NCBI GenBank assembly: GCA_015680685.1
Contig: MNCI01001941.1
Coordinates: 63,308 to 127,307 of the forward strand
DNA length: 64,000 nucleotides
Reading direction: 5' to 3'
Origin: Gnetum montanum
Taxonomy: Eukaryota > Plantae > Gnetophyta
Shown here: piece after piece, positions 13,621-26,073 of the stretch
How positions within the stretch are numbered: the first letter of the stretch is position 1
Layout: each line of letters starts with the position of its first letter
Made by a program: the position numbers and the translations under genes
The notes under the pieces: generated by a model
Databases searched by the model: none
What the model saw: the letters and a program-made list of their open reading frames with translations, nothing else
Told to the model about the DNA's origin: nothing

Positions 13621-14309
13621 ACCTTGCAATTTCAGTTCAAATAGCCTCAAAATAGCCCTGTTTGATGCCTAAACTCATCTAGCACCCTAGTAGCCTTAAA
13701 CCATGGCTTGCTAAGGCCTAAAACTGGGAAAATCTAATCTTGTTTAACCACTATTAGCCAATTTTTACCACATGCATCCCACTTTCATCAATTTAACCTT
13801 GTTTCATAAAGTTTCAACCTTTTTTGGCCTGTTTCCCCTCTTGGCCATCGTATGGCCCCTACATGGCTTTATGTTTCCCTAGATTCATCTTATTTTTTTT
13901 ATTATGACCTTTGTAAAGCCTTGTTTGGCCTCTGATTGGTATTAAATGATGTATTTTGACTTTCGCTAACCACCATTTAACACCATGTAACCATGGCCAG
14001 CTAAGGTCTAAAACTAGCACTACATCTTGCCAAGGCCTAAAACTAGCAAGATCACAAACTTTGTCAATCATTTTACCCTCATTTTTCATTCTTCACTTTG
14101 TTGCACCATGTTGGACCTTTATTTGGCCTTTGTTTAGCCCTTTTTCCATTGTGATTATTTATTTCTACCTCCTTATAGCCTAGATGACCTTGTTTACATT
14201 GTATTTAGCATTATAATAGCATGTATTTACATAATTACATAGCATTTTAACATTATCTATGCATTTTTACCCATCTGCCACTTAATATGATTTTGGTTGA
14301 CATGCAAGA

Positions 14310-17300
14310 TTAAAGCATGAGTACCTAGAAGCAAATCAATTTACCTTTGTGCCTACATGGATCCCATGGTAATGTTGAATAATGTGTTGACTTTGATTGC
14401 CTGGATCTTGAGCCTAAGAGTCTTGTTGACCACATAGACTCTATTGAGAAACCTCTTGAATGGCCTAAAAACCTAGTTAAGATCCTTGACCTTGAGGCTA
14501 GTGATATTACTAAAGACTCTCTAGTTGAGACTCCTGTCATGACACACAATGGTAAGGAAAACACCCTAAAACTATGTTCGTCATTGAAACCTCAACAAGC
14601 TCCTATAAGGCAACATCAAGGCCTTTGCCTAGTCATATGAAGATATGCCAAGCTTAGACCCACATTTAGTGCAACAAAACATCATACTAGATCCTAGCAT
14701 TAGACCAATTAAGCAGAAATTTTGCAAGATTAGACTTGATTTAGCCTTGGAAATTCATGATGAAATCACAAAGCTATACCAAGTTGGTTTCATTAGAGCT
14801 ATTGATTACACAAAATGGATGTCCAACATAGTGGTAGTCCCTAAGAAAAATGGAAGTATCTAAATTTGCATAGATTTTTGAGACCTAAATAAGGTAACCA
14901 TCAAGGATGACTTTCCTTTGCCTAGTATTGATCAACTTATCGATTCCACGATTGGACATGCCTTGTCATCCTTCATGGATCAATTCTTGAGATACAACTA
15001 GATTAGGATCAACCCAAAACATCAACTTATCACAACCTTCATGACCCCTTGGGGGGCCTTTTTCTATTCCATGATGTCCTTTGGCCTTAGGAATGTAGGA
15101 GCAACCTACTAAAGAGTTGTGGCATACATCATTAGTGATTACATGCTAGGTTTTCTTAATGATAACATAGACAATATAGTTGTTAAGTCCAAAGTGACCA
15201 ACAATCATGCTAATGACCTAGATGTTGTGCTTAAATGATGCCTCAAATATGAGCTTAGGCTTTATCCCAAAAAGTATGTCTTTGATGTTAAAATCAATAA
15301 GATGCTTGGCTTTGTATTGTTTGAAGAAAGAATACATGGTGATCTTGATAAGATTATGGTCATATCCAACTTGGTGACATCTACTAATCTTAAGAAGCTT
15401 CAAGGATTACAAGGCATATTACAATTTATTCCTAGGTTAATCACTATACTTATGGATAAGTTACAACCTATGCAACACTTTCTTAAGAAAGGAACTCACT
15501 ATGAGTGGAAGGCTCAATGCCAAGAGGCCTTTGCAAACCTTAAGCAAGATTTGGCACAACTACCAACAATCTATCCTCCACAAGAGGGTAAACTATTTTA
15601 CATCCACCTTAATATCTCCAACACATCCATTACCTCTCTACTCTATCAAAAACATGATGATGAAGCAAACAATATACTGCCTTAGCCATGCATTAGTTTC
15701 CCATGAGACATGATACACTAAAGTGGAAAAGTATTGTCTAGCACTAGTCTTCTCATTGAAGAAGTGGAGACACTACCTCTTCAGAAGCCAAGTTAATGTC
15801 ATTTGCAAACAAAACATGCTCAGAGCCATAATGCCCAACATCTATCAAATTAGCCATATAACCTAATGGAAAGCCATAATAGTAGAGTTTGACCTTCATT
15901 ACATCTCCCAATCCTCAACGAAATGTCAAACCATAGCCATACAACTTATTATTTCTCCTATTGATGACCAAGCAACCATAGATCCTAAGTTCCCTGATGA
16001 ACATGTTAACACCATTAGCCAAGTTCCCAAGGGTTATGAGCTAGTCATGCACTTTGACAAAGCTTCAACTACCCATGGGGCTAGTGCCACTGCCATCATA
16101 ACATTCCCATCTACATAAATCTAATCCTTCATCTAGTGTTTTGAATTTTCATGTACCAACAACATAGCAAAGTGTGAGGGTTTGATCATAGGAATGATGG
16201 TAGCTCATGACCTAGGAATCAAGCATTTAACAATAAACAACAATTCACAACTTGTGGTCAACCAAGTGACTAAGCTTTATGTATGCAACATTAAACATTC
16301 ACAACCTTATTATGACTTAGGAAAGAAATTGTTACAACAAGTTATACAAGTTAACATCCAACATATACCCCAAAATGAAAATTCTATAGTCAATACCATT
16401 ACAATGCTAGCCCTCAGTGTAACACTAAATGTGTTTAGTAAGTTTCCCATCTTGACCATGGACTGTGCTATTCCCATCATGCAAGAGCACTGACAATGCC
16501 TTTGTGGTCATAGTTCATACTACTCCTACAAGGAAGTGGTATGATGATATCAAGTTTTACCTCATGCATGGTGAACCTTCACAAAGTTTGACTACTACTC
16601 AAAAAGGCATCATACATAAACAATCAAAATAGTATATCATTGTAGACAATAACACATTATGTTGATGGTCCTATGATGGCATATTGATAGTATGCTTAGG
16701 TAAAACTAAAGCCCAAACAGTCCTAGAGCAAGTTCATGAAGGTGTTTATGGGGAACATATAGGACCTAGAACTATGGCCTCTAAGATTAGACAGTTAGGC
16801 TATTAGTGGCCCTATATGAAAAATGGCTATCTACAAAATTTCAAAACTTGTGACACATGAAAATGGCATAGCAATCTCATAAATGTACCACCAACTGAGT
16901 TGCACACTACTTAGATAACTTAGACATTCTAATGGTGGGTGTTGGATATCACTGGACCAATAACGCCTAAGTCTTCCATAGGTCATAGCTTCAACATTAC
17001 TACAACTAAATACTTTACAAAGTGGGTTGAGGCTATTCCTCTTAGAAAGACTACATCTAAACATGTAAATTCATACTTGACAAACATTGTAGCCCATTTT
17101 GGCATACCTATGACCATAGTCAAAGACAATGGACCATAGTATAGTAGCCAAGAAATAAAAAAAATTTGTCACAACCTAAGCATTAAGCACTCTTTCTCAT
17201 CGCCATATTACCCTCAAGCCAATGGACAAGTAGAAGCAACCAATAAGGTCATCATCAACTTACTCAAAAATATGTTAAACAACAACAAGTGCAAGTGGCA

Positions 17301-17775
17301 TGAGTGGCTTGTCCATGCACTTTGGGCCTACAAAACGACTTGTCATACGGTAACTGATGTAACTCCTTATAGCCTAGTTTATGATATTAAAGTTTTTTTA
17401 CCTCTTGAATTATAGGTGTCATCACTCCAAGTAGCCTTATCTAATTTCATCAATGATGAAAAATGCAAGGAGGTACGGACCATGGACCTAAACTCAATGG
17501 AAGAGCAATGAGTGCAAATGCTTACTCACATTGAATGATATCAAGAGAGACAGAAATGGCAACACAACCATAATTTGACCAAGTGTAAGATTAAGGAAGC
17601 TGACTTGGTATTCAAAGCCATCCCCAAACATGTGGATAAATTACCAACCAATTGGAAAGGGTCCTTCTTGGTTACTAGAGCCTACAACAATGGAACATTC
17701 AAGATTGCAAACATGGATGGGAATGAGTTAGCCAATCTAATCAATCATTCCTATCTAAAGCCTTACTGCATGTAG
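14310..17775 (+). pseudogene. pol of copy B: RT - RNase H - archaeal-type RNase H (aRH) - integrase, with many stops and frameshifts
   Basis: RT MPSLDPHLVQ…GFIRAIDYTKWMSNIVVVPKKNG and DDFPLPSIDQL; aRH MHFDKAS (~16047); INT LDITGPITP…YFTKWVEA and YYPQANGQVEATNK; C-terminal NWKGSFLV…HSYLKPY. Confidence 0.95.
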
Positions 17776-17872
17776 CCTACTAGAACCAAGGCCTTAAATT
17801 GGTAAGATGGCCTCTTAGGGTCTAAACTTAGTGAAACCACAATCCTCTAAGACCTTAAACTAGCACCATGAC

Positions 17873-20800
17873 TATAACGACCAAAAATGTTGGTGGCTAG
17901 AACACTGAGAGGTCATCAAGTGTACAGCCCAACCTCGGATTTGTGCAAGGGCCATGCTGGGGTAAACAGAAGTGGGGCACCCTGAACAATTTGGTCAATC
18001 AGATAGGGACTTAGTCGGTGTACAATAACCTTTTTGTAAACATTTTTCTTAAAGGTGTTATGTGTAAGTTAAGTGATGAGCGACAAGCGTAAACTGATGG
18101 AGAACAATGCAAAATACAATAGTAGCAAAACAAAATGAAATAGGATTGGGTGAGAAAGTGCACCATTCCAAGATTGGGGGATTTGATCTTTGCTTGGCTG
18201 AAGATGTACAACTGATGCACAGTGTGGACAGGCATAGCTTACAATGAAGCAGTATGGTCACAACTCCTTGGACTGCTATCAACAACTTGCTAACAAGGGC
18301 CTTTTTCTTGCTAGTTTTCTTGCCAAAGCTAATCACCGGAGAGCCAAAATGCAAAAATGCCAATCTCTGAAGCCAACTGCTAGAAAGGTGATTCTCAAAG
18401 CCAACCACGCTCAAGAAAGCCAACCACACTAAAAATTCCAAAAGCCAACCCCTTGAATGTTGTTCACCAGGGTATTTATAGGACCAAGAACAGGACAAAA
18501 ATGTGGTTTGGATGCCACGTGTCCTGGGTCCCATAGAGTGCAAACGTGACTATGCCATGCTATTGTGTAATGGTGGATGTGAAGCTTACCATGCTATGAC
18601 CATACTGTTCAAGCTACATGTGCCAAAGTCCAGTGAACTATCATGTTTTTTACAAGGAATGCTAATAGTGAATGCAAAGTGGAGCCTATGCTCTAGGACT
18701 ACGTCTTCCCTACTCTTGTGGGAAGGGTCAAGTGTAGGGACAACTTTGGGAATAGTCAAGGGGATGCAAAATAAAGCAGACTTGCTGATCTTTCCTGTTG
18801 AAGAGATGTCAGGATGAGAGTAACCATTGCCAACAAGTTCTAGAGCTAACCAAAGATGTCTTGATGCTTCCACATGAGTGTTACACTATTTACGCTACCC
18901 AGCATATCACCGTAGCATCAACACCCACATGATACACTGTGCTATGCTGCGTAGTGTAGTGTAGCGTAGCCGCCAATCTTGAAAGAAATCCTACCTGAAA
19001 GCTAAGAATACCTATCTGAGGCCTAGCTAGGCAAGCAACTTCAACCCTATCTCTCATGCTGAAAGGTATTGGGACCTGTTGAGTCCATCCTTGGGACACT
19101 TTGATGCTATGTGTGCTTGCTACGCTGTGTAGCATAGCACAGCGTAGTAGCCAATGTGACATACATCCTTGTTTGATTTGCAATGCTTTGTCGAGAAACC
19201 TTGCTTGAAGCCTAAGGGTGAAGTGGGATAGTCAATCTTGGAGGTTTGAATGTGGCCAAGTGCAATTCCCTTGCTAGGAACCACTTGGTGGAGGACCTTC
19301 ATGTGTTCTGTCCTTACTACACTGTGCTACACTACGTAGCATAGCACAACATAGCACCCAATTTGACTCAAATTCTGACTTACTTTGTAAAAATTTTGTC
19401 ACAAAATTTCAGTCATGTCCTAGCATGGCAACAGAGCAAACTTGTTTGATGGTTGAAGCATGGGCAAGTAGGCTTACTCCATTAGATCCATCTGAGTAGG
19501 AGTATTGTCAGAGTTCATCCCTGCTATGCTGTGCTATGCTATGTAGCGTAGCACAATGTAGTACTCAAATGAAGAGGGTTATTGACAAAACTTGCTACAT
19601 TTTGCTACATCATGTTCCTCATGCATCAAGGGTGAAGTGGGATAGATATCCCGTAGGACTAAGTCACTATCAATTTGCATCTTTGGTGGCTAGTCTTCCC
19701 AAGGCCTTCTACGCTATGCAGCATAGCGTAGTGTAGCAGGTCTCGCAGTTAGAAAACTTTCTGAACTATTTCACTCATCCTAAACACTTTCAGTAGCTCC
19801 TATCATGGTCCCTAGGTAAACCATGAGCTGATTCAAGTGTTAAGCTGGGTAGGCTAGAGGGTGTAGCAACCTTGTCAACTCGTGCAATAGAAAACTTGCC
19901 AAATTGTATGGTCTACCCCTGGTGCCTCTTTCATGCAAACTAGCCTTGTGGCTAGGTGCAACATTGACTATGCTGTAGAGGTTGGCAGGCAAGCTTAGAA
20001 GTAATTTTGCAAGCATTAGGACTTCCGAGGTGTCATGTCATCTGCACAATCCATTGTGACATCATTCCTACAGATATTCTTGCCCAAAATTTTGAGACTA
20101 CTAAATCACAAGAGTCCCAAATTTTATGGTGTTTCAAAGATCCCTCTTTGTTGACATCTGGAGGATGTGTCTGAGAGACATCGACAAAGAATACGAAACA
20201 CCATGAGGAATAAGACGCCAACATTTCTCTTTAGTACCCGCTCAGACCATGCTTTGCTACACTTGAGAGTACTGGGAGAGTGATTAGGAGAGTAATTTTA
20301 AAGTAAGGGGGCAAGGGTTGGATTTGAGGAAATAGGTTTAGGGAAGGAATTAATGTAAAATTCAATGCTTTGAAAAATTGTTGCCATAGCATGATCCCTC
20401 ATTGAAGTGCTTATGAGGGAGTTAGCATGCATGGGTGTCTTTCTTTATTGACCTTTGACCTCTCACCGAAATGCTTAGAGATGGTCGACTTATGGCCAAA
20501 GAGAGTGTAAAGCAATTCTTGTGCCATTTTTTTAGGCACTTGTCCCTATTTTCTTGCATTATATATATATATATATTCTTTTCCTTTGTTGTACACCCAT
20601 GTTCACTTGCAAATAACCTTGTCATTGTTGTAGGATAGGTGTTTCCTCCCCGAGATGAGTTATGTTACATCCATGTGGGGCTTTAACCTGCCTACAAATG
20701 CTTTCCATCAGGCGAGTTGCGTTACATCCATCATGGACTTGGGGGTTGGGCATGTGAAAGGGCTTTGTGCATTAGGAAGGCTTGTAAAGAGGGTATGGAA

Positions 20801-21497
20801 AATTGCAAGTATAGGGAATGGAGGCTAAACTAGCTGGAAGGGAGAGTAAGGTGTGCACTCCCAAGTAGCTAGGCTAATCGAAGAAGTTACTTCGGAATAA
20901 TGTAGTGCCTTGTTCTCATGGTGAAATTCATCTCAGCACGACGCCATCTTGGCCTTTATCCTACAAACATAACAAAGATAAAACCAGAAAAAAGCAACCA
21001 TGAAGCGAAGTGAGGGTAAAGTCCTACTTCTTTGGACATCACTAGAGCGGCAAATGTTGTCTCTAAATTGCATGATGTTCAAAGTAGAAAGGCCAACAAA
21101 GATTTTGGTAGTGGTAGGCTGGAAAGGTTAGCACCAAAGAGACTAGCAGTGGTGATGACACAGATGCTCATGATTCCTTGCCCAAGGCAAACATCAGGCA
21201 GTCCAGTTGCAAGGTGAGGAGCCTAACAGCTGAATGCCTCTTGGACTTGGATGATGGCAAGGGCTAGAGGATGGCAACTTTGTGGTTAGCCCACAATAGT
21301 GTTGGGACTCCATAAGTAGGTGTTGATGGCAAGAGCTACTACTAGGATGACTAGCTATGATAGCGATAGCTCCGGTAGGTTAGCAAGATGTCGAACGACA
21401 TCTTTAGAAGATCAACAAGATGCCAGAGGCGATAATGTTGCATGTGTTCCAGAGGTTTTTTTCTTAGCAACATGAATTGCATTCTAGAACTGCAACA
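17873..21497 (-). repeat. 3' LTR of element D (~3.6 kb)
   Basis: 17873-~20040 aligns with 38819-~41000. It starts TATAACGACC (TG mutated to TA; partner TGTAGCGACC) and the proposed other end is …GAACTGCAACA followed by TCCCACCT (purine tract on -). That end rests on termini only, because the partner LTR is truncated. Confidence 0.8.
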
Positions 21498-21506
21498 TCC
21501 CACCTT
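21498..21506 (-). promoter_or_regulatory. Putative polypurine tract of element D
   Basis: On - reads AAGGTGGGA immediately before TGTTGCAG; short and degenerate. Confidence 0.5.
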
Positions 21507-21589
21507 GTGTTATCCATGAGTTTTGTAAGTGTTCATGTTTGCTTGTTCGAAAGAGTCACAGGTGTGCATTGGGGAGCGTTGCACCACGA

Positions 21590-21870
21590 ACCCAATTTAA
21601 AGTTTTGGTAGACTATCTGGTGTGCTAATTTAGGGTCCCAACAGACCGTTGTGCTTGTTTAATGTTGTAGCAGATGGTGGATGGCCATTTTAAGGTCATA
21701 GTGGACCATGCTATGGGTGCCAGTTTTATCTCATGGCCCAAAGACGTGTTGTGCTAGTTTAGTGTCATAGCGGATGTTCTATGCTAGTTTATAGTCATAG
21801 TAAACTATCTATGCCAATTTTACGTCATAACAGACATTCTTTGCTAGTTTTACATCGTAGCAGATGATTT
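21590..21870 (-). repeat. Tandem ~31 bp array in the 3' UTR of D (TGCTAGTTTA(A)(G)GTCATAG core on +)
   Basis: Repeated gtgctagtttagtgtcatag / atgctagtttatagtcatag / ttgctagttttacatcgtag units. Confidence 0.85.
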
Positions 21871-21897
21871 TCTTACCTTGATTTATAATTATTTACA

Positions 21898-24800
21898 TCA
21901 AACATAGTATGGATTGAGGTACAAGTGGTTAACAAGATTTACGTACTCGTTGCCATCCATATCAGCCAGTTTGAAGGCCCCATTTTCATGGGCTTTCATG
22001 ACTATGAAAGGGCCTTCCCAGTTGGCTCAGAATTTGTTTACAAGTTCATGAATAGCCTTAAGGACTAGATCCCCATTTTTTATTAGCCATATGTATGTTT
22101 TAATGATGCTTTTGCTATTGCTTATCCTAGTACCATTTGATGCAACCAAGTGTATGAGCACGCTCCTCCTCTACGGAGTTAAGATTGATTAACCTTGACT
22201 CATTGTTTTGAGCCTTGTCTACAACGTTTGAGAGGATCATCTGAAGTGATTAAACCTACAATTCAAGAGATAACACCACTTCAAATCTATAAATGAGACT
22301 GTATGGAGTCTTACCTGTAGCCATTCGGCATGTCATACAATAATCCCATAACACATAAAGGATTTGCTCATGCCATCACCTCTTACTGCTACTGAGCATC
22401 TTTTTGAGAAGGTTGATAATGGCTTTTTTTGTTGCCTCTACCTGATCGTTGGCCTGTGGGTAGTACGGCAATGAAAAGGAGTGTTTGATGCCAAGGTTTT
22501 CGCAAAAGGTTTTGGTTTCTGTGCTACTAAATTGTGGCCCATTGTCCATCACAATAGTCATGGGAAGACCAAACCTTGTTACTATGTTATCCAAGATAAA
22601 GTGGCACACTTGTTGAGATGTGGTCTTTCTTAGGGGAATAGCCTCTACCCACTTTGTGAAGTATTTGACTTAGGTGTGATGGGTCCTATGATGTCTAGTC
22701 CCCAACGTTGGAATGGCCACATGATTTGTTTGGGATATAATTCTGTAGGTGACACATGTATAAGGTTTTCATGGCGTTGACATACATCACACGTCCTAAC
22801 TTTGGCAAGGCAATCTCATTCTATGCAAGGCCAGTAGTACCCTAGGCATCTAATTCTTACTAACATAGCCCTAGGAGCTATGTGTCCTCCACATAGTCCC
22901 TCATGGACTTTGTTAACAATTTTCTATGCTTCTTCCCCACTAATGCAAGTTAGCAATATCCCATCAAAGGAGTGTTTACATAAGGTGTTATCTCCCACAA
23001 GGACATACTATTGGGCTCACTTTCATATTGCATCCTTTTGGGCAGATGTCAAGCCATGTCGAGGTTTGTCATGTTGGAGGTATGCTTTGATGTTGGCATA
23101 CCATTCTTGGATATCTATTGTACCAATAGATGCGATGTATGCTACTTGAGTAATAGGATCTGTGCATTCTATTATCGAAGTAGGCAAAGTGGAAAACAAG
23201 TATGATGGCACATATAATGCTAACGTGGCTAACGCATCTGCTACAATGTTCTTGTTGCAAGGCACATGTTAAATGTCTAATGTGGAAAACTATTTTAGTA
23301 AACTCTTAGCTAGATCGTAATAAGGTTGCAAGTGTGAAGCCTTGCAAGCATAGACTTTAGTGATCTAGGTGACAACTAATTGTGAGTCACCATAGATTTC
23401 CAAATGTTGGATCTTTAGCTCTTAAGCTACTAGGAGGCCCCTAAGGAGTCCTTCACACTCAACTACATTTTTCGTGCAAAGGAATGTAAAGTGATATGCA
23501 AAGGGTCGAATTTCCCCAGAGGGAAATGTAATAACTATGGCAGTGCTACCACCTCGTGTAGTTGAAGTGCCATCAAAATGTAAACTTGCTTCGAAATTAG
23601 ATGGTACATGGTTTAGGCTATTGATGTGTTCATCCATAAATTTGGGTTCTATTATTTCCTAATCATCAATGGGTGAAGTTGTGAGCTGTGTGGCTATTTC
23701 TTGACCCTTCATTGATGGTTGGGCTACATAATGTAAATCGATTTCTGCCATTATAGCTTTCTAGCGGGCTATTCTACTACTCTCATATAAAGTGGTTGTG
23801 ATAGCCCAAAGTATGTTGCTCTTGCATATGATGTTAACTTTGCTGTGAAACAAGTAAGGTCTCCACTTTTTGAGTGCAAATACTAGGGCAAGACAATATT
23901 TTTCTAGCTTGTTGTACTTTACCTTGTAAGCTATTAATGCATGGCTTAAGTAATAGACTGGGATTTTAGACCCATCATCTCTTTTTTTGACATAGCAATG
24001 CAGTAATAGATGTGTCTGAAGTAGCAAGGTAGATATAGAAATGCTTATCCCTTTGTGGTGGGTAAATAGTTGGGAGATGCAAAAGCTCTTTCTTTAGGTT
24101 AACAAAGGCTTGTTGACATTGATCTTTCCATTAGAAGTTCATCCCCTTCTTGAGCAGGTGTTGCATGGGGTGTAGTTTGTCCATCAACCTCACAATAAAC
24201 CTTCTAATAAACTACACTCTACCTTGCAACCCATGAAATTATTTAAGGTTTTTAGATAGTGCTAAGTTGATGATGGCCCTCTCTTTATCGAGGTCCACTT
24301 GTATCCCTGTTTCTGATACTCCAAAACCTAGCATGCATCCGATTTTAACTCCGAAAACACATTTCTTAGGGTTGAGGCGCAAGTCATGCCTAAGACAACA
24401 TTGGAGGACTATATTGAGATTGTTGGTATGATCAATAGCTTCCTTATACTTGACTACTATGTCATCAATGTAATCATTTAACCTCATAAGAGGTAGTCAC
24501 CAAAAATGTATCTTATCACTCATTGATAAGTTGCTCTAGCTTTTTTCAGTCCAAAGGGCATCATTGTATAACAAAAGGTTCTCCAAGGGGTCATGAAGGT
24601 TGTTGCCAATTGATGCTCCAGGTTTATATGGATCTGGTTATAGCTTTAAAACCCATCCATGAAGGACAGTAAGGCATGACCATCCGTAGTGTCAATAAGT
24701 TGATCGATACTTGGTAATGGGAATTCATCCTTAATCGTTGCTTTGTTCAGGTCTCGAAAGTCTATACAAATTCGTATACCTCCTATTTTTTTAGAAACTA

Positions 24801-25335
24801 CAATGATATTCAATAACCATTTCGAGTAATCAACCGCTCGAATGAAACCATCTTGGTAAAGCTTAGTGATTTCATCGTGTACAACTAGTGCAATTTTTGA
24901 TTTGATTTTGGGGGCCTTTTTCTTGACTGCCTTGACACGTGGATCTAGGATAATGTTGTGTTGTATGAGCCACGATTCTAAACTTGGCATGTCATCATAT
25001 GACCATGCAAACACTTTTACTTTGTCATGGAGAACTTTTGAGATGTTTTGATGTACCTGTGGATGCAATAGGAAGCTAACTTTCAAAGTTTTTGCTTTAC
25101 CTTTAGAAGTAGTTACATGGATTGCAATAAGAGGGTCCTCAGTTACATCCCTAGCCTCAAAGTCTAGGGCTTGGACCAAATGTTTGGGCCAGTTTAAGGA
25201 TGTTTCTAGGGATGCTACGTGAATGTCACAACAGGATAATTCAAAGCCTACCAATTCTAGATTCAAGCATCTTGTAAATCTGCCGTAGGGTCCCACCAAG
25301 GTCAAAGGCCAACAAAGATCACCATACATAGCCAT
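21898..25335 (-). pseudogene. pol of element D: RT - RH - aRH - integrase
   Basis: ORF 24646-25335 (FAWSYDDMP…RICIDFRDLNKATIKDEFPLPSIDQL…FMDGF); 24239-24487 YIDD; 23422-23637 aRH LHFDGTS; 22376-22609 INT RFGLPMTIVMDNGPQF…YYPQANDQVEA. Confidence 0.96.
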
Positions 25336-25439
25336 TTTTCTTTTTTTTTTTAATTGGACCTGTCACAATAAGTAAATAAACCAAGTTAAGTAATACATGT
25401 TTACAGCATGTAATGAATATATGTAAAGCAATAATGCAA

Positions 25440-25920
25440 CATAAGAAATTGCTAGTTTAAGGTTTTAGTGGACCGTTAACAGATTGAAGATGTAAAGGAG
25501 GTAAAGGTTTTCAGTTTAACGTCGTAGTGGACCGTCACTATACAAAATTTGTAAATTGAAATTACCAGTTTAAGGTCTTAGAAGACCATCACTATGCAAA
25601 ATTTATAAATTGAAATTTCCAGTTTAAGGTCTTAGTGGACCGTAACATTGTAATATCATGAGATGAATGTTAAAGTTGCTAGTTTAAGGTCATGGAAGAC
25701 CGTTAACAGGTTTAAAATGTAAAGGAGGTTAAGGTTGCTAGTTTAAGGTCATAGTAGATCATAATAATGTAAAGTTTGTAGAATGAATGCTAAAATTACC
25801 AGATTAAGGTCATGGCAGACCATTAACAATGTAAAATTTGGTCTAAAATGTAAAATGAATGCTAAAATTGCCAGTTTAAGGTCATGGTAGATCATCACTG
25901 GTTTAAAATGTAAAGATAAG
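25440..25920 (-). repeat. Tandem ~55-65 bp array just upstream of D pol, core (G/A)C(C/T)AGTTTAAGGTC(A/T)T(G/A)G…GACC
   Basis: About 8 copies, e.g. 25564 accagtttaaggtcttagaagacc and 25870 gccagtttaaggtcatggtagatc. Confidence 0.9.
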
Positions 25921-26065
25921 GTAAAACTTTTGGTGGACCCACTTGCTACACGACAACTAAGTGCTACGCTGTAGTGGCTGCATGTTATGCTATAGTAGTG
26001 CTATGCTGCAAAGGTGTCCCATGTTGTTCAGGACATGAAAGTGACAATCATTTTACCGTGTCGGC

Positions 26066-26073
26066 TATAAATA
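26066..26073 (+). promoter_or_regulatory. TATA box of the antisense gene of element D
   Basis: ggcTATAAATAgggg lies ~130 nt upstream of ATG 26205, which opens a clean first exon. Confidence 0.65.

Larger units (their letters stand above)
3440..17872 (+). mobile_element. Tat/Ogre-like Ty3/gypsy element, family 1, copy B (5'-truncated): gag C-terminus/protease, ~9.8 kb spacer with antisense gene, RT-RH-aRH-INT, start of 3' UTR
   Basis: 3450-5170 is colinear with 62285-64000; pol motifs span 14310-17775; interrupted at 17873 by the LTR of element D. Confidence 0.9.

Noticed and set aside
18011-19302. Cluster of 60-161 aa ORFs, partly repeated at 39015-40780
   Set aside because: They lie inside LTRs, have no recognisable motifs and their frames are not preserved between the two LTR copies.
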